DNA of 63,996 bases, the filler included, from Catajapyx aquilonaris (taxonomy: Eukaryota): assembly GCA_000934665.2 (NCBI GenBank). It is 3 parts of 3 records of this genome, joined end to end, with 100 filler letters (N's around TTAATTAATTAA, not from the genome) between each part and the next. Parts side by side here need not be neighbours in the genome. Positions count along the whole stretch, not along the records: positions 1 to 21,631 come from JYFJ02006020.1; positions 21,732 to 43,293 come from JYFJ02006021.1; 1 more part is not named here. One strand, written 5' to 3'. The translations under genes and the position numbers were made by a program. Under the pieces are notes generated by a model. It was not told the DNA's origin. It saw only the letters and a program-made list of their open reading frames with translations, and did not search any database. Shown here one piece after another: positions 13,901 through 27,733 of this stretch; the first letter of the stretch is position 1, and each line of letters opens with the position of its first letter.

Positions 13901-16900
13901 GAAGTGCAGCTACAAAATGGGCCCTCACTCCCAGCTTTTTTCGGACTCTCTGCTCAACCCCACATCTCTCCTCCTCTGTTCCTGCCATCACCCCCAATTT
14001 TTTTTGCCCTCGGAACAAGCCCAGGCCGAAATGCACAAAAATATAATTAGCGCCACTGGTACTTCTGTTTTAGGGAAAAGTGAGCAAATGAAATTTCATG
14101 ATTGAAGCGCGCAGAGCCACTCCTAACCTAAAGGGTTCCTTTTCGCTCAACACATATAATTTCCTATTGGATCACACTCACAGAAGTGTGGCATAAAAGT
14201 GCCGATTGCAATATATAAAATAATGATCAGATGCAATAAAATCTTACATCATATTATGAAAGGGAGCAATAATGGCCAGTTCAATACGGTATTCATAATG
14301 TTTATTTATTATTATTTATGGTAGAAGCGCACCGCGCTCACTGTCAGTATACCGTACTTGTAATGCAAATCAAGCCAGATTGCGCTTGTGTATTTAAGGA
14401 TTTGGAATCTTGTGGGAAACAATGGAGCTCGAGGACTTTTTAAATGTCCACACAACTTACGTATTAAAATCTGATCACACTTTTTTGTGGGGGGTGGGGG
14501 GGAGAGAATATCGCGATGAAAACTAACCGATCGAAACATTTTAGAAATTCCATTTCCTGGAATTGGTGGTTTCCATAACGCCACCCAAAATACCCTGCAG
14601 ACACAGCCGGAAATATGAATGCAATGGGGGTTACATTGTAAACAAAGCGCCGGAAGAACTCTGAAAAAATCATTACCTTTTCTCACCGCGCACTGGAAGC
14701 ATATGCGGGCAGGGCAAATATTCCCGCTGTAAAATATGTAATTAACCAACAAACCACCGAAAAGAAACAACACAACCATAAAAAGGCAGAGATTTAAAGA
14801 ATTTTATATTAAACATCTTGTTTACTTATTCATCCCAGTGATGTGCATTTATGAATAAGGAATGATTTCGGCCTGTAATGGAGTTAGCTGTGTATCATAG
14901 TCACTGCCTCTCCCTTCAAACTGCCCCATCCCATCCGGACGGTGCCAGCTGTTAAACTGTACTAAATCCAGCGCATGGAGAAACAAAAGTACTACTTTCA
15001 TGAAACAACTGACTCCGGGGGAAGCTGGAGACCACGAAGGATTGTGGGAGGGCTCCATCATATATATACACACCCTCTCACCCCTACCAATCTCCCCCTC
15101 AACACACTATAGTCTTCAACCCAACCCAACTCTCCCGAATGTGCTCCTAATGGAATGAGAAGGCCTCGTTTTTGCACTCTCCCGCATTAAATCAAAAGCC
15201 TTGCAACGCCTTTCGGAGCCTCTCCATAAATTATGGTTGTTAAGCTCACCAGGATCTGCGCCGTCTTTATGATAACACCCTGAAAACAACGTGTGGTCTC
15301 AATGTTTTGTGCCAGTTTTTTTTTGCAAGGGGGGCCATAGTCCTTTTGGGTTCATCAAATAAGTGTTTAGGCGACATTGGTCGTTGTGCTGAACATGTCA
15401 ACATTAAAAAAAACGAACATCAGCGTGAACCTAGCGGAAAGAGAAGCGGCCAGTTAATTCCATCGGTTTTATAGAGCTCGGATGGAGAGATATGGAATTT
15501 TCGCAATGAGAAACATGTTTGACAAGGTCGTAAAATGCGGATATTACTCGGTCGGCACCGCATTTTTCGGGTGATATGTGGTATTGATATTAGTTTATTA
15601 AAATAGCAGAGGTAGTTATGAGTGTTTCGAGAGTTGAATTGTAATTATGACTGACCCGCCCACTTTTTTCTCCCTCCCTCCCCCCCGCCTGCCTGCCGGG
15701 CTGGGAACTAGTTGGAATTTAATTTTCTGCGGGGAAATTCCTCGCAATCGGCGACGGTGTGTGTGCGTGCCGATAAAATATTTGTGATGCCCCGGAAAAA
15801 CGGCTAAGGGCAAACCTTTTGGAAAAATAATGTACCATTCCTGCCCCGCCCCTGCTCTCCCAAACATTTCCCCGACGACGACTCTAGCCATTAATTTATT
15901 TCGGGCACTGCCGGAGGCAGATTACGGCCTGGATCCCAGACAACTGACATGGTGCGTGAAGCTTTCAAATTCAAGTTTACGGTCCTACCTCACGGCGCAT
16001 GTAACCAATCACTTCCAGGGACCCGACTCTCTTTTTTTTATAACGACAAGACAAATGCAATAACTTTTATGCCTCTCTCATATCCCTCTTGACAAGATGG
16101 GTAATTTTTTTTAAGGTGGGAGCTTTGGAGAAAAAATTGCCCCGCTTCTTGATAGAGTGATAGTCAATCAAAGGGGTGTTAAAAAGGAGGGGATGTCTCC
16201 AGCGGCGTAGCACAGAGTGTGTAACATAAAGGCGCAATTGCTTGATTTACAATCCAATGAATGGCTGGAAGGGAATATTTGGTTCCAAGGGCCCTGTGCA
16301 TAATTCCATACGGCGCAGACAGTTGTAATATGGATTAGTCTCCCGTTTCCAAATTGGAAACGGGAGGCACAAATCTCATCTTGGATGGAGGCTTACTGGC
16401 TGGAGGGTTTGTGCAAATTTCTGGCAGCCCCACCGCCGACGGCCCAGGATTTTCGCAAGGGTATGTGGAAGAGAAAGTTTCCGCGACGGTCTAGTTTGAG
16501 AGAGAGAGAGAGAGAAAAAGACCACGTCTGGACTCCCTCGGGGTTGTACGGGGTTCTTCCGGACAGGCGGTCCGGAACTTAATCACAAGAGAGGTTTTGT
16601 TTGTATTGAGATTTGCGGGGGTGAGCAGGCTGAAAATAGGGTCTGTTCATGCCCGATCGCCTCGCGACAATTGACCTTTGTTGCATACAGTTTCTAACCC
16701 CTCCAACCAATAATCCGGTTCAAAGTCAGGATTTGCGACTTTTAATGCGCGCAGTGGATGCCTGGACACGCTAGAGTCGCCATTTGGAATTTAATATCGC
16801 GCTAATTTTTTTTTTGTGTGTGTGGGGGGGGGGGGGTGCCCATATGAAATTCAGAGTTTGGACNGGCATGTAAGAGTGCGACTTTTCCGAGTATATCTAG

Positions 16901-17414
16901 CTGGACAGGTCTGCTAAGCCAAGTGCATGGACCTACCGCAAGTAGATTGCAATTACCTTCTCCAGACAGGCTCCGACAAAAAAAAGGGCGTCCATCCCCC
17001 CTTCCCCTTTTCCCTATTTTCCCCCCTCCCTCCAACTCTCTCCACTCTCTGAAAAAAAAGGGGAGATGGCATTTCCTTTTATCTGCCATTTTTAGCGTGG
17101 GGCCCCTGAGATTTTAGCCGTAACTGAATTTTACCAGCCGGTTCGCACAACATAGGGTCTTGTTAGGCGGGATTAAAGCCCCGTTTTATTCTCGGTCATT
17201 GGGAGGCTACGGCAGCAGGGGGGGATGTTGTCGCCACGAAGGAAAAAAGAACCAGCAGGCTGGGTGATGGCAGGCCACGTCAACAACCCAGAAAAAAAAG
17301 TCAAACGCCATTTCGCACCGTTGTCTGCTGTACTCCGAATTATGCAGAATTTTAGCCAACTTTGTCGCTTATGACAGTTATTAAAATTGAATTTGCTGGG
17401 ATGCTTAATGGTGC

Positions 17415-17469
<55 letters not shown>
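17415..17469. repeat. (ATT)n microsatellite
   Basis: About 18 uninterrupted ATT/TAT units. Confidence 0.95.
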
Positions 17470-20164
17470 TCCAGGTGATGAAGTCGTCTGTGCAGCCTAG
17501 TGTTCAGTGGAGATGAGGTGAGAATGAAATGGAAAGAGAAGGGATTTCCCTCTCTCCCCATCCCCTCCTCCTCCGCCTCCTCCCTCCTCCTTGCTGAAAG
17601 GCTTGATGATGTAAAGGACTATACGTCCCCCTTAAGAGTCTTTTTCCCTTACGAAGCATCTCCGGTTTTAAAAATGTATTCAGCGGCAAGGAATTTAGTG
17701 CCTCTTCCTCGGGCCGTGACGTTAGTTTCTTTAGGGATGAGGTATGGTAGTTGTGGAGAGTTGATGATGAAGTGTAGAGGAGTCCTCTGGGAGGAATCCG
17801 CTGAAAGAAGCGCCAAGGAAAGGAAGAGAAAGGCTGTCGTGAGAAATGCGCAGAATGGATGGGGGAGAAGGAGGGGCAAGAAAGAAAAGCCGGGGGGTGG
17901 AGGGGAAGGATGGATAAGAAGAAAAAAAGGTGTGGGAGGAGTGGGGAGGAAAGAATGGCTGCCTTTGCACCTATCCTCCTTTTTTTTCCTTCTTCTCACA
18001 CACGCCTGCCCCAGACGCCATCTTATTGTCCAACTTCTTTTTGTGTGCCATGAATTTTTAGCCAGGGTACTGTCCTCGCCATGAAACTCACAAGCCAAGT
18101 GATGAATGCGTGACAGGACCCTACAGGCCCTCCCAATAATTCGGACCGAAATCTGCGCACACTATTTGAATAAGAGACTTTCTGACTCACCCTGTTGTCA
18201 TAACGCATTTTTTTAAAAAAAATCCTGCGTTTTCTGGCGAATAATGACATAATCCGCGAGAATATTCTGCGAAGCGTAGCTGCGAAAATGGGGCAGGCTT
18301 TCAAGCCTTGAAAGGGATTTTGGGGAGAATCTTTTGCTTTTGCCCTGCCTCTCTCTGCTCGGGTTCGGATTAACACGAGGGCGCGTGACATGCGGGCGGC
18401 CATTTCCATTTCTCAGAAGTATAAATCTGCTTCTCTCTGACGCCAAAACATCAAGGAGATAAATCCTTTTGATGGCCAGGCCTGGGCAACTAATGACCGG
18501 CGGTTTATTTGCCTATTTGAGGCCATTAACGGTTAGGAATCGCTTCTCTCATGGATGAGGTTGCAGCTCCTCATTTTTCCACCCAGTTTTACCTGGCATA
18601 CTGCAGCTGGTTTACTTTTTATGTGAAAAAAAGAGAGGCTGAAAAATGTGGGCCGTTTGCGGTGAGGCGAAATGTGTCCTGAGTGAGAGCGATTATTGAG
18701 CTTTTTGTGTGGCAGAAAAGGAAGTGAGGAAGAGATCGGCGTAAGCGGCTGAGGCTTTTGTGGCCTGAAAATCGCCCGCATAAAAATCGGGGAAACGAGC
18801 CCCATCCGGGTCCCAAAAACCGGGCCCAAAACCTTCCCCCTCATACACATCCAGTGCACGTAGCAAGCACCGAGTGTTCTTGGGGATATAAAAGAAAAGA
18901 TAGCCGGAACCTTGATTTCCTTCAGGGACTTGGATCCACGTGCCAGTTGCAGCCACTCAAAATTAGGCAAAAATTATTTTGGGTTATCCTGACTATTCAG
19001 AGCAACCCTTCAGGCTCCCTTGATCGCTGGGTTGCCCGACTCCCAGGATCAGCAAGTGACGCTTCCCTGTGCCAGTGAATGGACCAAAATGCCCTGTACT
19101 AGGAGGCTGAGCGGATAACAAAGAAGGGTAGTTTTTGAGGTCGGAAGGTGGCGGAAATCCCCAGGAGTCTGGGAAGTAGTGGAGGTACAGGAGCAGGCGC
19201 GAAGTCGGATGAAAAATAGAAAGAAAGGGGGTTGGTCGAATGGGGTAATAATCAGTTTTCTGAGCGGCGGGGAGGCCATTAAGAGGCAAGCAGCTGAGGC
19301 GGCTGGAAATTGATACGGCGGTTTCAAATGATTGCAGCCGGCTCCCTGGGTTTTCCTATTGGGCCCATGCCGGGCCGGGGGTCTTTATTAGCCGAATTCT
19401 ATATTCCGCCATGTACGTGACACAATTCGTTTTCATTAACGTCATGCGGCGGGTAATGAAGGAGCTTCGGATGACGGCGGGAGGCCCCTTTTCTGCCAAA
19501 AGCTGGTCCAGATGCAGCTTCCCCTCCACCCCCAAATTGAGCCTGCAACCGCGGCCCAGGACCTCATTCCAGTCACAACAATGCCAGCGTGGGCCGATGG
19601 GGATTCCCACCGCAAAACAGCAGCAATTCCCCCCCCCTGCCGCCACCTGCCTCACTTCAGCTTATAAGGCGCCATCTTGGAGACATCAGGAGTTCAAGAT
19701 GGCCGCCCCGACATGGTCGAGTTCGTTGCCGAAACATACGGGCGGCTGAAGAGCTAGGTCATAATAATAACTGCGCAGCTTTTTACCAAATAGATCTAGT
19801 AACGTAAAAGGTAACACACAGAGAGAGATCTGAGCAAATATTAGCAATCTCTCCGGGGCGTGAAAGGGGGGTCGACAGGAAGAAGCCAACCGCGCACTCC
19901 AATATTATTACTGTTCTGGTGAGTTTTGGAGGTGGATGGGGGGGCGGGGGAGGGAAAAGCCCAGCACTTTGATTAGGCGAGGATTTGGAACTGGTTAGCT
20001 GAAATTGGCCCGGGGGAGATTTCCTCGTCGTGCATTAATTCCTTCGTCCTCCGAGTAATCAGATGCTCTTATTACATTGTCAACATGTGGCTGCAGCTCG
20101 ATGGCTTTCTTACCTCCCACACCCTCCAACTCTCATTACTCCAGCTCGTTACATTACCCAGCAG

Positions 20165-20910
20165 TGTTATGCCATACTTGCCGGGTCGATATTAGCAATC
20201 GTTTGGAATTACAGGGTAGACATACTCTATGGGTAAGGTCAGTGATTTTTGACAAATCAGTACTGATGGCACGAATTTACAGCAATTAGATGGTACAAAG
20301 CCTGGCCTTTTCCGGGTGTTAGCAACTAGAATTGAGGGTTGATTTTTTGGGGGGAGGTCTGGTGTTGTGGAGGCGGAGGGAATGGCGGTCTTTGGATGGG
20401 GAAGAGCAGGCTCAATATCAGAGGGCGGCAAAGGCGACACGCCGTCCGGTCAATATGAGGTTCGTGATAATCATGAAAATTGTGGGAGGTGGAGGGAAGT
20501 GAGGGCACGGGAATGGTGGAAAACAAAGAGGCTGCTNTGTTATGCCATACTTGCCGGGTCGATATTAGCAATCGTTTGGAATTACAGGGTAGACATACTC
20601 TATGGGTAAGGTGAGTGATTTTTGACAAATCAGTACTGATGGCACGAATTTACAGCAATTAGATGGTACAAAGCCTGGCCTTTTCCGGGTGTTAGCAACT
20701 AGAATTGAGGGTTGATTTTTTGGGGGGGAGGTCTGGTGTTGTGGAGGCGGAGGGAATGGCGGTCTTTGGATGGGGAAGAGCAGGCTCAATATCAGAGGGC
20801 GGCAAAGGCGACACGCCGTCCGGTCAATATGAGGTTCGTGATAATCATGAAAATTGTGGGAGGTGGAGGGAAGTGAGGGCACGGGAATGGTGGAAAACAA
20901 AGAGGCTGCT
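20165..20910. repeat. Direct duplication (~372 bp x2) joined by a single N; likely assembly artefact
   Basis: 20165-20536 and 20538-20910 are near-identical, with one N at 20537. Confidence 0.85.
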
Positions 20911-21631
20911 CCCCCCCCCCCCCCCACAGACCGTCTTTTGGAGTCCCCCCCTCTCCCCATGACTATACCCTGGCACACATACCCCCACTGCCTTCATTTC
21001 CACGACCACAAATCATCGGGACTCCGCTGCCTGACAAAATGGCCGCATGATTTGCGGGCTGGAGAGGCCATTAGGAGCGGAAGAAGGGAAGGGGAGTTGG
21101 CCACTCAAAACGACCAAACTCATAAGGTCCCCCCACCTCCACCTCCCTCTCTCCGAAAGCTGGTCCTAAAAATGAAAAGGGGACCGGGTCGAATTGTCAA
21201 GGGAGTCTGCAAAATTCATGCGTCGTTTACAAAAATATGCGTCCAAGTCGTATGGTGACGACTGCCTTTTTATTTGGGAGTCCCTCCAGTGAGATAGGGT
21301 TGGGGTTTTTTTCGATTTCCAAAAGGCGTCGACTTGGTGGAGGAGCCGAGACATCTGAGGCCATTCGAGCTGTTTGAAAATGAGAATGAAGCACCCAGAA
21401 ATAATATGATTGTTAAATGCTGCTATTCAGAATATTTCATTACAAAATAAAGTGTTGTGGCCATTGTCTTGCTTGGGCAAAAACGAGGTTTTTAGCAGTT
21501 CCTTTGAAAGTGCTGAAGCTATTTGCCGGGTAATGTGTGTGACCATTTTATTTTGGACATGTCTGTACATGGTCCCATTATTTTGTGCTCACATGTACTT
21601 ACATCCCGACTGGTCAAGTGACGTCACCTGT

Positions 21632-21731
21632 NNNNNNNNNNNNNNNNNNNNNNNNNNNNNNNNNNNNNNNNNNNNTTAATTAATTAANNNNNNNNNNNNN
21701 NNNNNNNNNNNNNNNNNNNNNNNNNNNNNNN
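21632..21731. other. Artificial contig-joining linker
   Basis: N44-TTAATTAATTAA-N44 is exactly 100 bp, and the 12-mer places stop codons in all six frames. Confidence 0.95.
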
Positions 21732-23467
21732 AACGGGAACTGATATCTTAAAACGGAATATGCCAAAAAAATCCAAAAAATATGGGCGAATTTATTATGT
21801 AGTTTCCAAAATGAAGGCTAGTTCCCCATACTCTCATGTGGCTATTTTGTTGGCGTTAAGCTGCTTATTTTAGCAGTTACTTGAGGGGTTATGAAAGGAT
21901 TAGCTGCAAGATGAAAGATGGCTTTTGCCTGCTTATAATATATATCCCCCATATGAGCAGACCAGAGCAGACTAGATTGAATATCATCGTGAATTCCAGG
22001 CTGACGAAGACTCTCTAAGTACGCTACCGTCACCATAAGGCTAGGATGGGAGTTGAGGGGGGCTGGCCTAAAGTCATACATTCGCATAGACTTGAATATA
22101 CCACTTGTGCACACAGGTTTCACTTGTACGTTTCCATGGGGAAGAGGGCTGCTTCCCCAAATATGCTTGTGGGCTCCACTTGTTCTCACAAGCAAGCAGT
22201 ACTTATGTACATTCCTTTCCATCCCCATGTGCAAGTGCAGTTCAATCCACAAGAGCACAGGCATGGTGTGCTTTAATTGAACGATGCAAGAGTAGTAGGG
22301 CAACAATTAGCGTGGGTGACAAGGGAAGCGAAATGTGTGGCTTGGCAGACAGTGGGGGGGTCCCCGTGCAACCATAGACTGTGACGGGTAAACAGATGTG
22401 CTAGCTTGTATGATCTGTGACCTGGAGCAGGTCGTAACTGCAGTCACTAGGTTCCAACAGTTGCACTCGGTGAGAATTAATAAGAGACCTACCCTCACGC
22501 AATAATGGCATTACATCGTAATCATTTGTCTCTTCCCGGCCCACAAGTCCACATGAGCTTAGACCTTAATAGTAAATGCCTCGTACTGCTTTTTGACAAA
22601 AGTGTTGAGCAATCCTCCATTTCATTAATGTCGTGATCAGAGATCATGCACGTGGAAATATCTTGATTCATCTCCCATTGACATGGAAATTAAGATGCGA
22701 ATCCTGCACATTTGGCTAACCACCTGCAGCCCTTAGAAATTTGCAATTTATTGTAACTTCAAGTATTTTAAGCCTTGCTGATCATTTGAGTGTCACTTTT
22801 TGCTAAAATTTTTGATTCCATATTTTATTTACACCACTTTGCATCATTTGCTAGAAAAATATTTTAATGGGGCAAGTAGGATTTCATTATTATTATTAGC
22901 ACTGTTTCCAATAGTATAATTTACATTCAAAAAGTTAGTGTGATTAATAATTATTATGATTTGATTGCTCCGGAAGTGAAACATGATAAGTGATGGATGA
23001 TTGATGAACAACAAGAGTGTCATGTGCATTTCACCATGTCAGTGTCTTTAATGGAGGTTGTGGCCCCAGAGGTTGAGTGCTGAATTGATAATATTTCCAC
23101 TGCTACCATTCCAATCACATGTAGCGGCAAGCCCTTCATTGTGATCACGTGTTGGTTCATATTGGCCCATTTGTTCATTGCTTCTGGATAATTTTTTGAC
23201 CTTGGTGTTGGTCACAAGCACTTTTGTGACCATTTTTTCCTTTCGTGGTAAGTGTTGCTGCTATTATGCAGTGCATTCCAAATGAGGCATCTGGTGATTG
23301 GAAACTTGGCTTACTGCAAACAGTTAACTGTTAACTATTATAGCAGCTAGTTTCAGATGGAGATATTAGCTGCTAATTCTCTGAATTGCTGCATAATTTT
23401 TTTAACTTTTGGCTTGTCCACGCTGAGAGACTGAAACCCTGAGATTAGATGATAAGTGGTCAGACTA

Positions 23468-23800
23468 CAGTTCTGGACATAATAGCCGTCGCTGAATGTT
23501 TTTTTCCGGCGGAGGCGGCGGCGGAGTTACCTGGCAACCCCGTCCGGCGGGCCAATTCAAACATCAGCTCATGAAGAGCGCTTCCATTGTTGCCACTGTT
23601 TACAAATCGAGTGAGTGAGTGCGCAGGCGGAAGAGACCCGTCGCTGGGTCGTCCGCGTCACTCGTTCGATTTGTAAACAGTGGCAACAATAGAAGCAGTC
23701 TCCATGGGCTGATGTTTGAATTGGCCCGCCGGACAGGGTTGCCAGGTAACGCCGCCGCCGGAAAAAAAACATTCAGCGACGGCTATTATGTCCAGCACTG
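23468..23800. mobile_element. Tc1/mariner-type MITE (foldback), TA target duplication
   Basis: TA|CAGTTCTGGACATAATAGCCGTCGCTGAATG...CATTCAGCGACGGCTATTATGTCCAGCACTG|TA. Inverted similarity extends roughly 140 bp inward. Confidence 0.85.
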
Positions 23801-25341
23801 TACTAATATTATGCCCATTCCTTCAACTCATTATTGCAGTCAAGGTGTATAGAGGGCCGGTGGCTCCTCTCCAGGCTTGTTTGTGCAGCCCGTCAGCAAG
23901 GCAAAAGCGGGTTCAAATTTTCTCCGCCAGAGCGCACTTGCGTCGACCTTAGGTCCAGGCTGAGGCCCAGGCGTAGATAAATATGTTCACTTCTCTACTT
24001 TCAGTCTATGGTTCTAGGCCTGGTCAAGCGTCTGTGGTCTCAAAGATTCGAAAATAGAAGAGAGCCTATTCACTTTTTTTGGGGTGGTCGCCCTAATGTC
24101 GATTGTCGCGCGCTCTGTCGGCAGATTTCTAAGCTGATTTCCCCTTCGAGAGGGGCCTCACGAATAAGCAGCTATTTCGGCCCAAGTGGAGGCACCGGAA
24201 TAGCCACCGGAATAGTTAGACCGCAGCCCAGTTGCGTATCTGGAGGGTGCATAGTTCCAATTAAATGAAAATTATACAGCCATAGGTAAAGGAACTGTAA
24301 CCCAGATCATTGCAGATAGGTTACCATTAAAGTAATTGTGCAAAAAGTAACTGTCCAAAAAGCAGTTGGACAAGAATTATTAATTCAATCAGAGACATCT
24401 TTTGAGCCTTCAGTTTCACCATTATTACTTACAACATTATTCGGGGCGGCCCTTCAAGTATTTTGGATCGCGCTATATAACTAAGGCACTATTGCAGAAA
24501 AGAAACAGTACTGAGATGGACAAAGAGTTTGGCTGATAACCTGTGTACTTGTTTGAAGTTGCAGCCCCATGTTATTTTAAGCCAGTATGCTGCAATTTTT
24601 TACGTTGCTAAATAAGGGGATCTAGGGTACAAGAGGAAATGAAGTCGACAAATTTTGAGCCCATTTCATGTCCACTCCGACTTTTTTTTCTACTTTATTG
24701 CATGGACAGGCAATATAACATCGCACAATATTGCACATAGACTTGTGCTGTTTCAACCAGACATTATCAGCTCACATGTTGAGGGAAAAAGTGCCACATG
24801 CATTGTGATGAGAATATTTGTAAAAAGCGAGTTGATTGGGTAATTGCATGACACCGAATCTTAATGTTGTCCTCTTTGTCTTTGACAGGTTGTGCAGATC
24901 CATGCTGCCAAACCCCAGCCGGTGCAACGAGTGTGACAGCGAGCAGAGCGACTGATACCTGGATTTGGCTGAACGCACTTGAAGCTTATTGCCCGAATGT
25001 TACAAAACTGGATGCTACAGGGTGGTTCTACAAGTGACATTTGTATGTGGAGACTTCAAGTGGCAACCTTTGGCCAAGCTGTCTTCTAGAGTTTCACCTG
25101 AATGTACCTACCCATTGGTGCAGCCAACCTGCCGTGTTCCTGTGCCATTCTCTTAGAACTACAAGCAGTTTTCTGTGCCAAAGTACTGTCCACATTCAGC
25201 AACTTCGATCACCAAGCAAGTTATGAGCCATTCCAGTGCTGGTGTGTCAGGCTAAGTGCTTGCTAAGTGCACCTGACAATGAAGAAGACAGATCCTGGGA
25301 CCTGATAACACTTCAAAGAACCAATGGATTTGGTCTTCAAG

Positions 25342-25859
25342 CTTTGCCAAGGGTCCAGACAGCTGAGGACTGAGTGGAAGGACTTGGAGGAGCAACATGG
25401 ATACGGAGGCCTCTGGGACAATATGGGTGGGGTGGGCTTCAATCCCCCAACCATCAAGAGATCCCTTGCGGGGTGCTGGCGGGGACGACGTGAGGGTTGC
25501 AGTTGGGAAGAAGACCCAGGGGCCTAATCCACGCCTTCTAATCGTTCAGGAGTAGATGCGACAGACGGAGTTAGACCATCACCAGAAAATCTGCATCTAA
25601 TCTTTGCCAAGGGTCCAGACAGCTGAGGACTGAGTGGAAGGACTTGGAGATGCAACATGGATACGGAGGCCTCTGGGACAATATGGGCGGGATGGGCTGC
25701 AATCCCCTAACCATCAAGAGATCCCTTGCGGGGTGCTGGCGGGGACGACGTGAGGATGGGAGTTGGGAAGAAGACCCAGGGGCCTCATCCATGCCTTCTA
25801 CTCGTTCAGGACTAGATGCGACAGACGGAGTTAGACCATGACCATAAAATCTGCATCTA
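25342..25859. repeat. Tandem duplication, 260-bp unit x2, diverged
   Basis: Units start at 25342 and 25602 (CTTTGCCAAGGGTCCAGACAGC...). They differ by scattered substitutions and have no N at the junction. Confidence 0.9.
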
Positions 25860-27733
25860 CGTCAACTGCCCCGCAGCATCTTAATGGACCATCCACCAGT
25901 CATCAAAGAGTCATTCCATGTCAAATCATCCCACTTGATTCTGCCTTGACCCCTCACATTTTCATGAAACTTGGTGTACCAAGTGGCCTTACCTAGTTAT
26001 GAATGAAAACCACAAAGATTTTTTTTGACTGCAATTCAAAAGTAATGAAATATTCAAATTTTTATGAAAAATTTCTGCATCTTGAAGTAGTTAAGGACTA
26101 TTTGCTCAGGAACTAGACGGGATAGAAACCTGTGCAATGTCTCATTTTAAAAGTCCCGTGATACTTTTTTCCCCTGTATGTTGGCTATGGTGGCTGTGAA
26201 CTCAAGGCCATTGTTTTTTTGTTGAATCCATGAACATTTTAGTGACATTATGCAACCTTCTTTTCACCTTCTGGTAAAGTGAAACCCAACCAGTTGGCCT
26301 ATAGGGAACAATAGGGAACAATAGGTGCAAAGTATATCAGTAGAAGGAACCCAGAGCACATCAGGTGGTGAAGGGGTAAGAAGAAGGTTCTGATGGGTGC
26401 AGAAACGTCACTTTCTAGAAATTTTGCAAAGTTGTGAAAATCACAACTCATGTCCCTCTCTACCTTGTGTCATGAGTTCCCTTGGGTTGATGACCTTGTC
26501 TCTCATATCTTCCATGGTGGCCAGTATCGGAGCATGTGTGTCACACTGCTGGTGTGGAGGCAGGGAAAATGAGTCTGCAACCAGTGTTAACAACAACAAC
26601 TTTGGTAGACAAATGTGGCCATTTCTGTACTTTAAGCTCCGGCTCCATGTGATGCCACAGTGTGCGCGGTTGCATTTTATCAGTGAAAAATTCTGCACCT
26701 TTGAAATATTGCTTTCAAATGGAATATCTATGAAGGTGGACCCTACAGGCTGTGAAACCTTAATTATTCTTAATGAATCTATGCATGCCAGAAGCCATTT
26801 TCATGTCATGGGTGGCATAAATGATTGCTCAGAATTTCGCCGTTTCCCCAATTGCTGGCACGATTCAGGGCAATCTGGTGTAGGATGGTATGTTGTTTCA
26901 AGGCTTGCTGCATAACTTATGGAGTGCAGGAGAGGCAATGAAGGAAGTTGTTGGCCAGCCACTTTCTGCACGAGGTGCCCAATTATCTGGGAAATGGCCC
27001 CTCCTGTTGCCCCAGACAACCTCCCTAGTAATCACTCCTTTAATGAGGATTGTGAAGCCCCGAATGGTGTTCTGGAAGTAGACTTACTTTACGTGACAAT
27101 TGTCCTGGTCCTTCCCCAGAGCTTGATTAAGATATCTGCCCATACATTTTGCTAGTCACGCCTTTTCTGGGGAGGTAGAGAGTGTAAGCCCAGAGCTCCT
27201 TAGTTTTGTTATCTGCTCTGCTCAATATTGATTGCATAATAGATATACTCGCAGAGTCATAAATGATTTTATTATAATAATTGACACTTGATGATAATTC
27301 ATATGAGAACCCTCACTGGTGAGAAGCTATATTCATGTCGTGTGTGAGATGATTTTTTTCGCAATTGGCTCTTGATAATTCGCACAGTCGAGGAGCTATT
27401 TTAATGTCGTGTGCCATTCGTGAAATCTTTATGTACTAGTAAAATAGCAGGCACTGTAGTTATATCCGAGATTCTTGACATCTGTTTTTGCAATTGGAAA
27501 TTCCAACTACAAGGGGAGGGTGAAGTATGACATTTTCGGAAAGTACTTTCCTTCTGGAATGGAGTGCATGTTGACCAAGGGTACGTTATAGTAGACCTGC
27601 CAGGTCTGCCTTTCCTCCAGCACCTTCACCTCCAGAATCTGGTTGAGCAGAGGTATCCATGCGGCATTTTTCCTGGTTGATGTGTCCCTGTAGCAGTTCC
27701 AGAATGCCTTTACAGCCTCTGGTGTACCCCTAA

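Noticed and set aside
17352..18098. ORFs of 69-194 aa on both strands
   Set aside because: They are low-complexity products of (ATT)n and purine-rich tracts, with no domain signal.
21842..22740. Possible decayed vertnin/OTU-like or other transposon coding sequence (also coding-like stretches at 24890-25340 and 26400-27150)
   Set aside because: There are many stops and frame changes and only a vague motif resemblance. A BLASTx/HHpred search would be needed.
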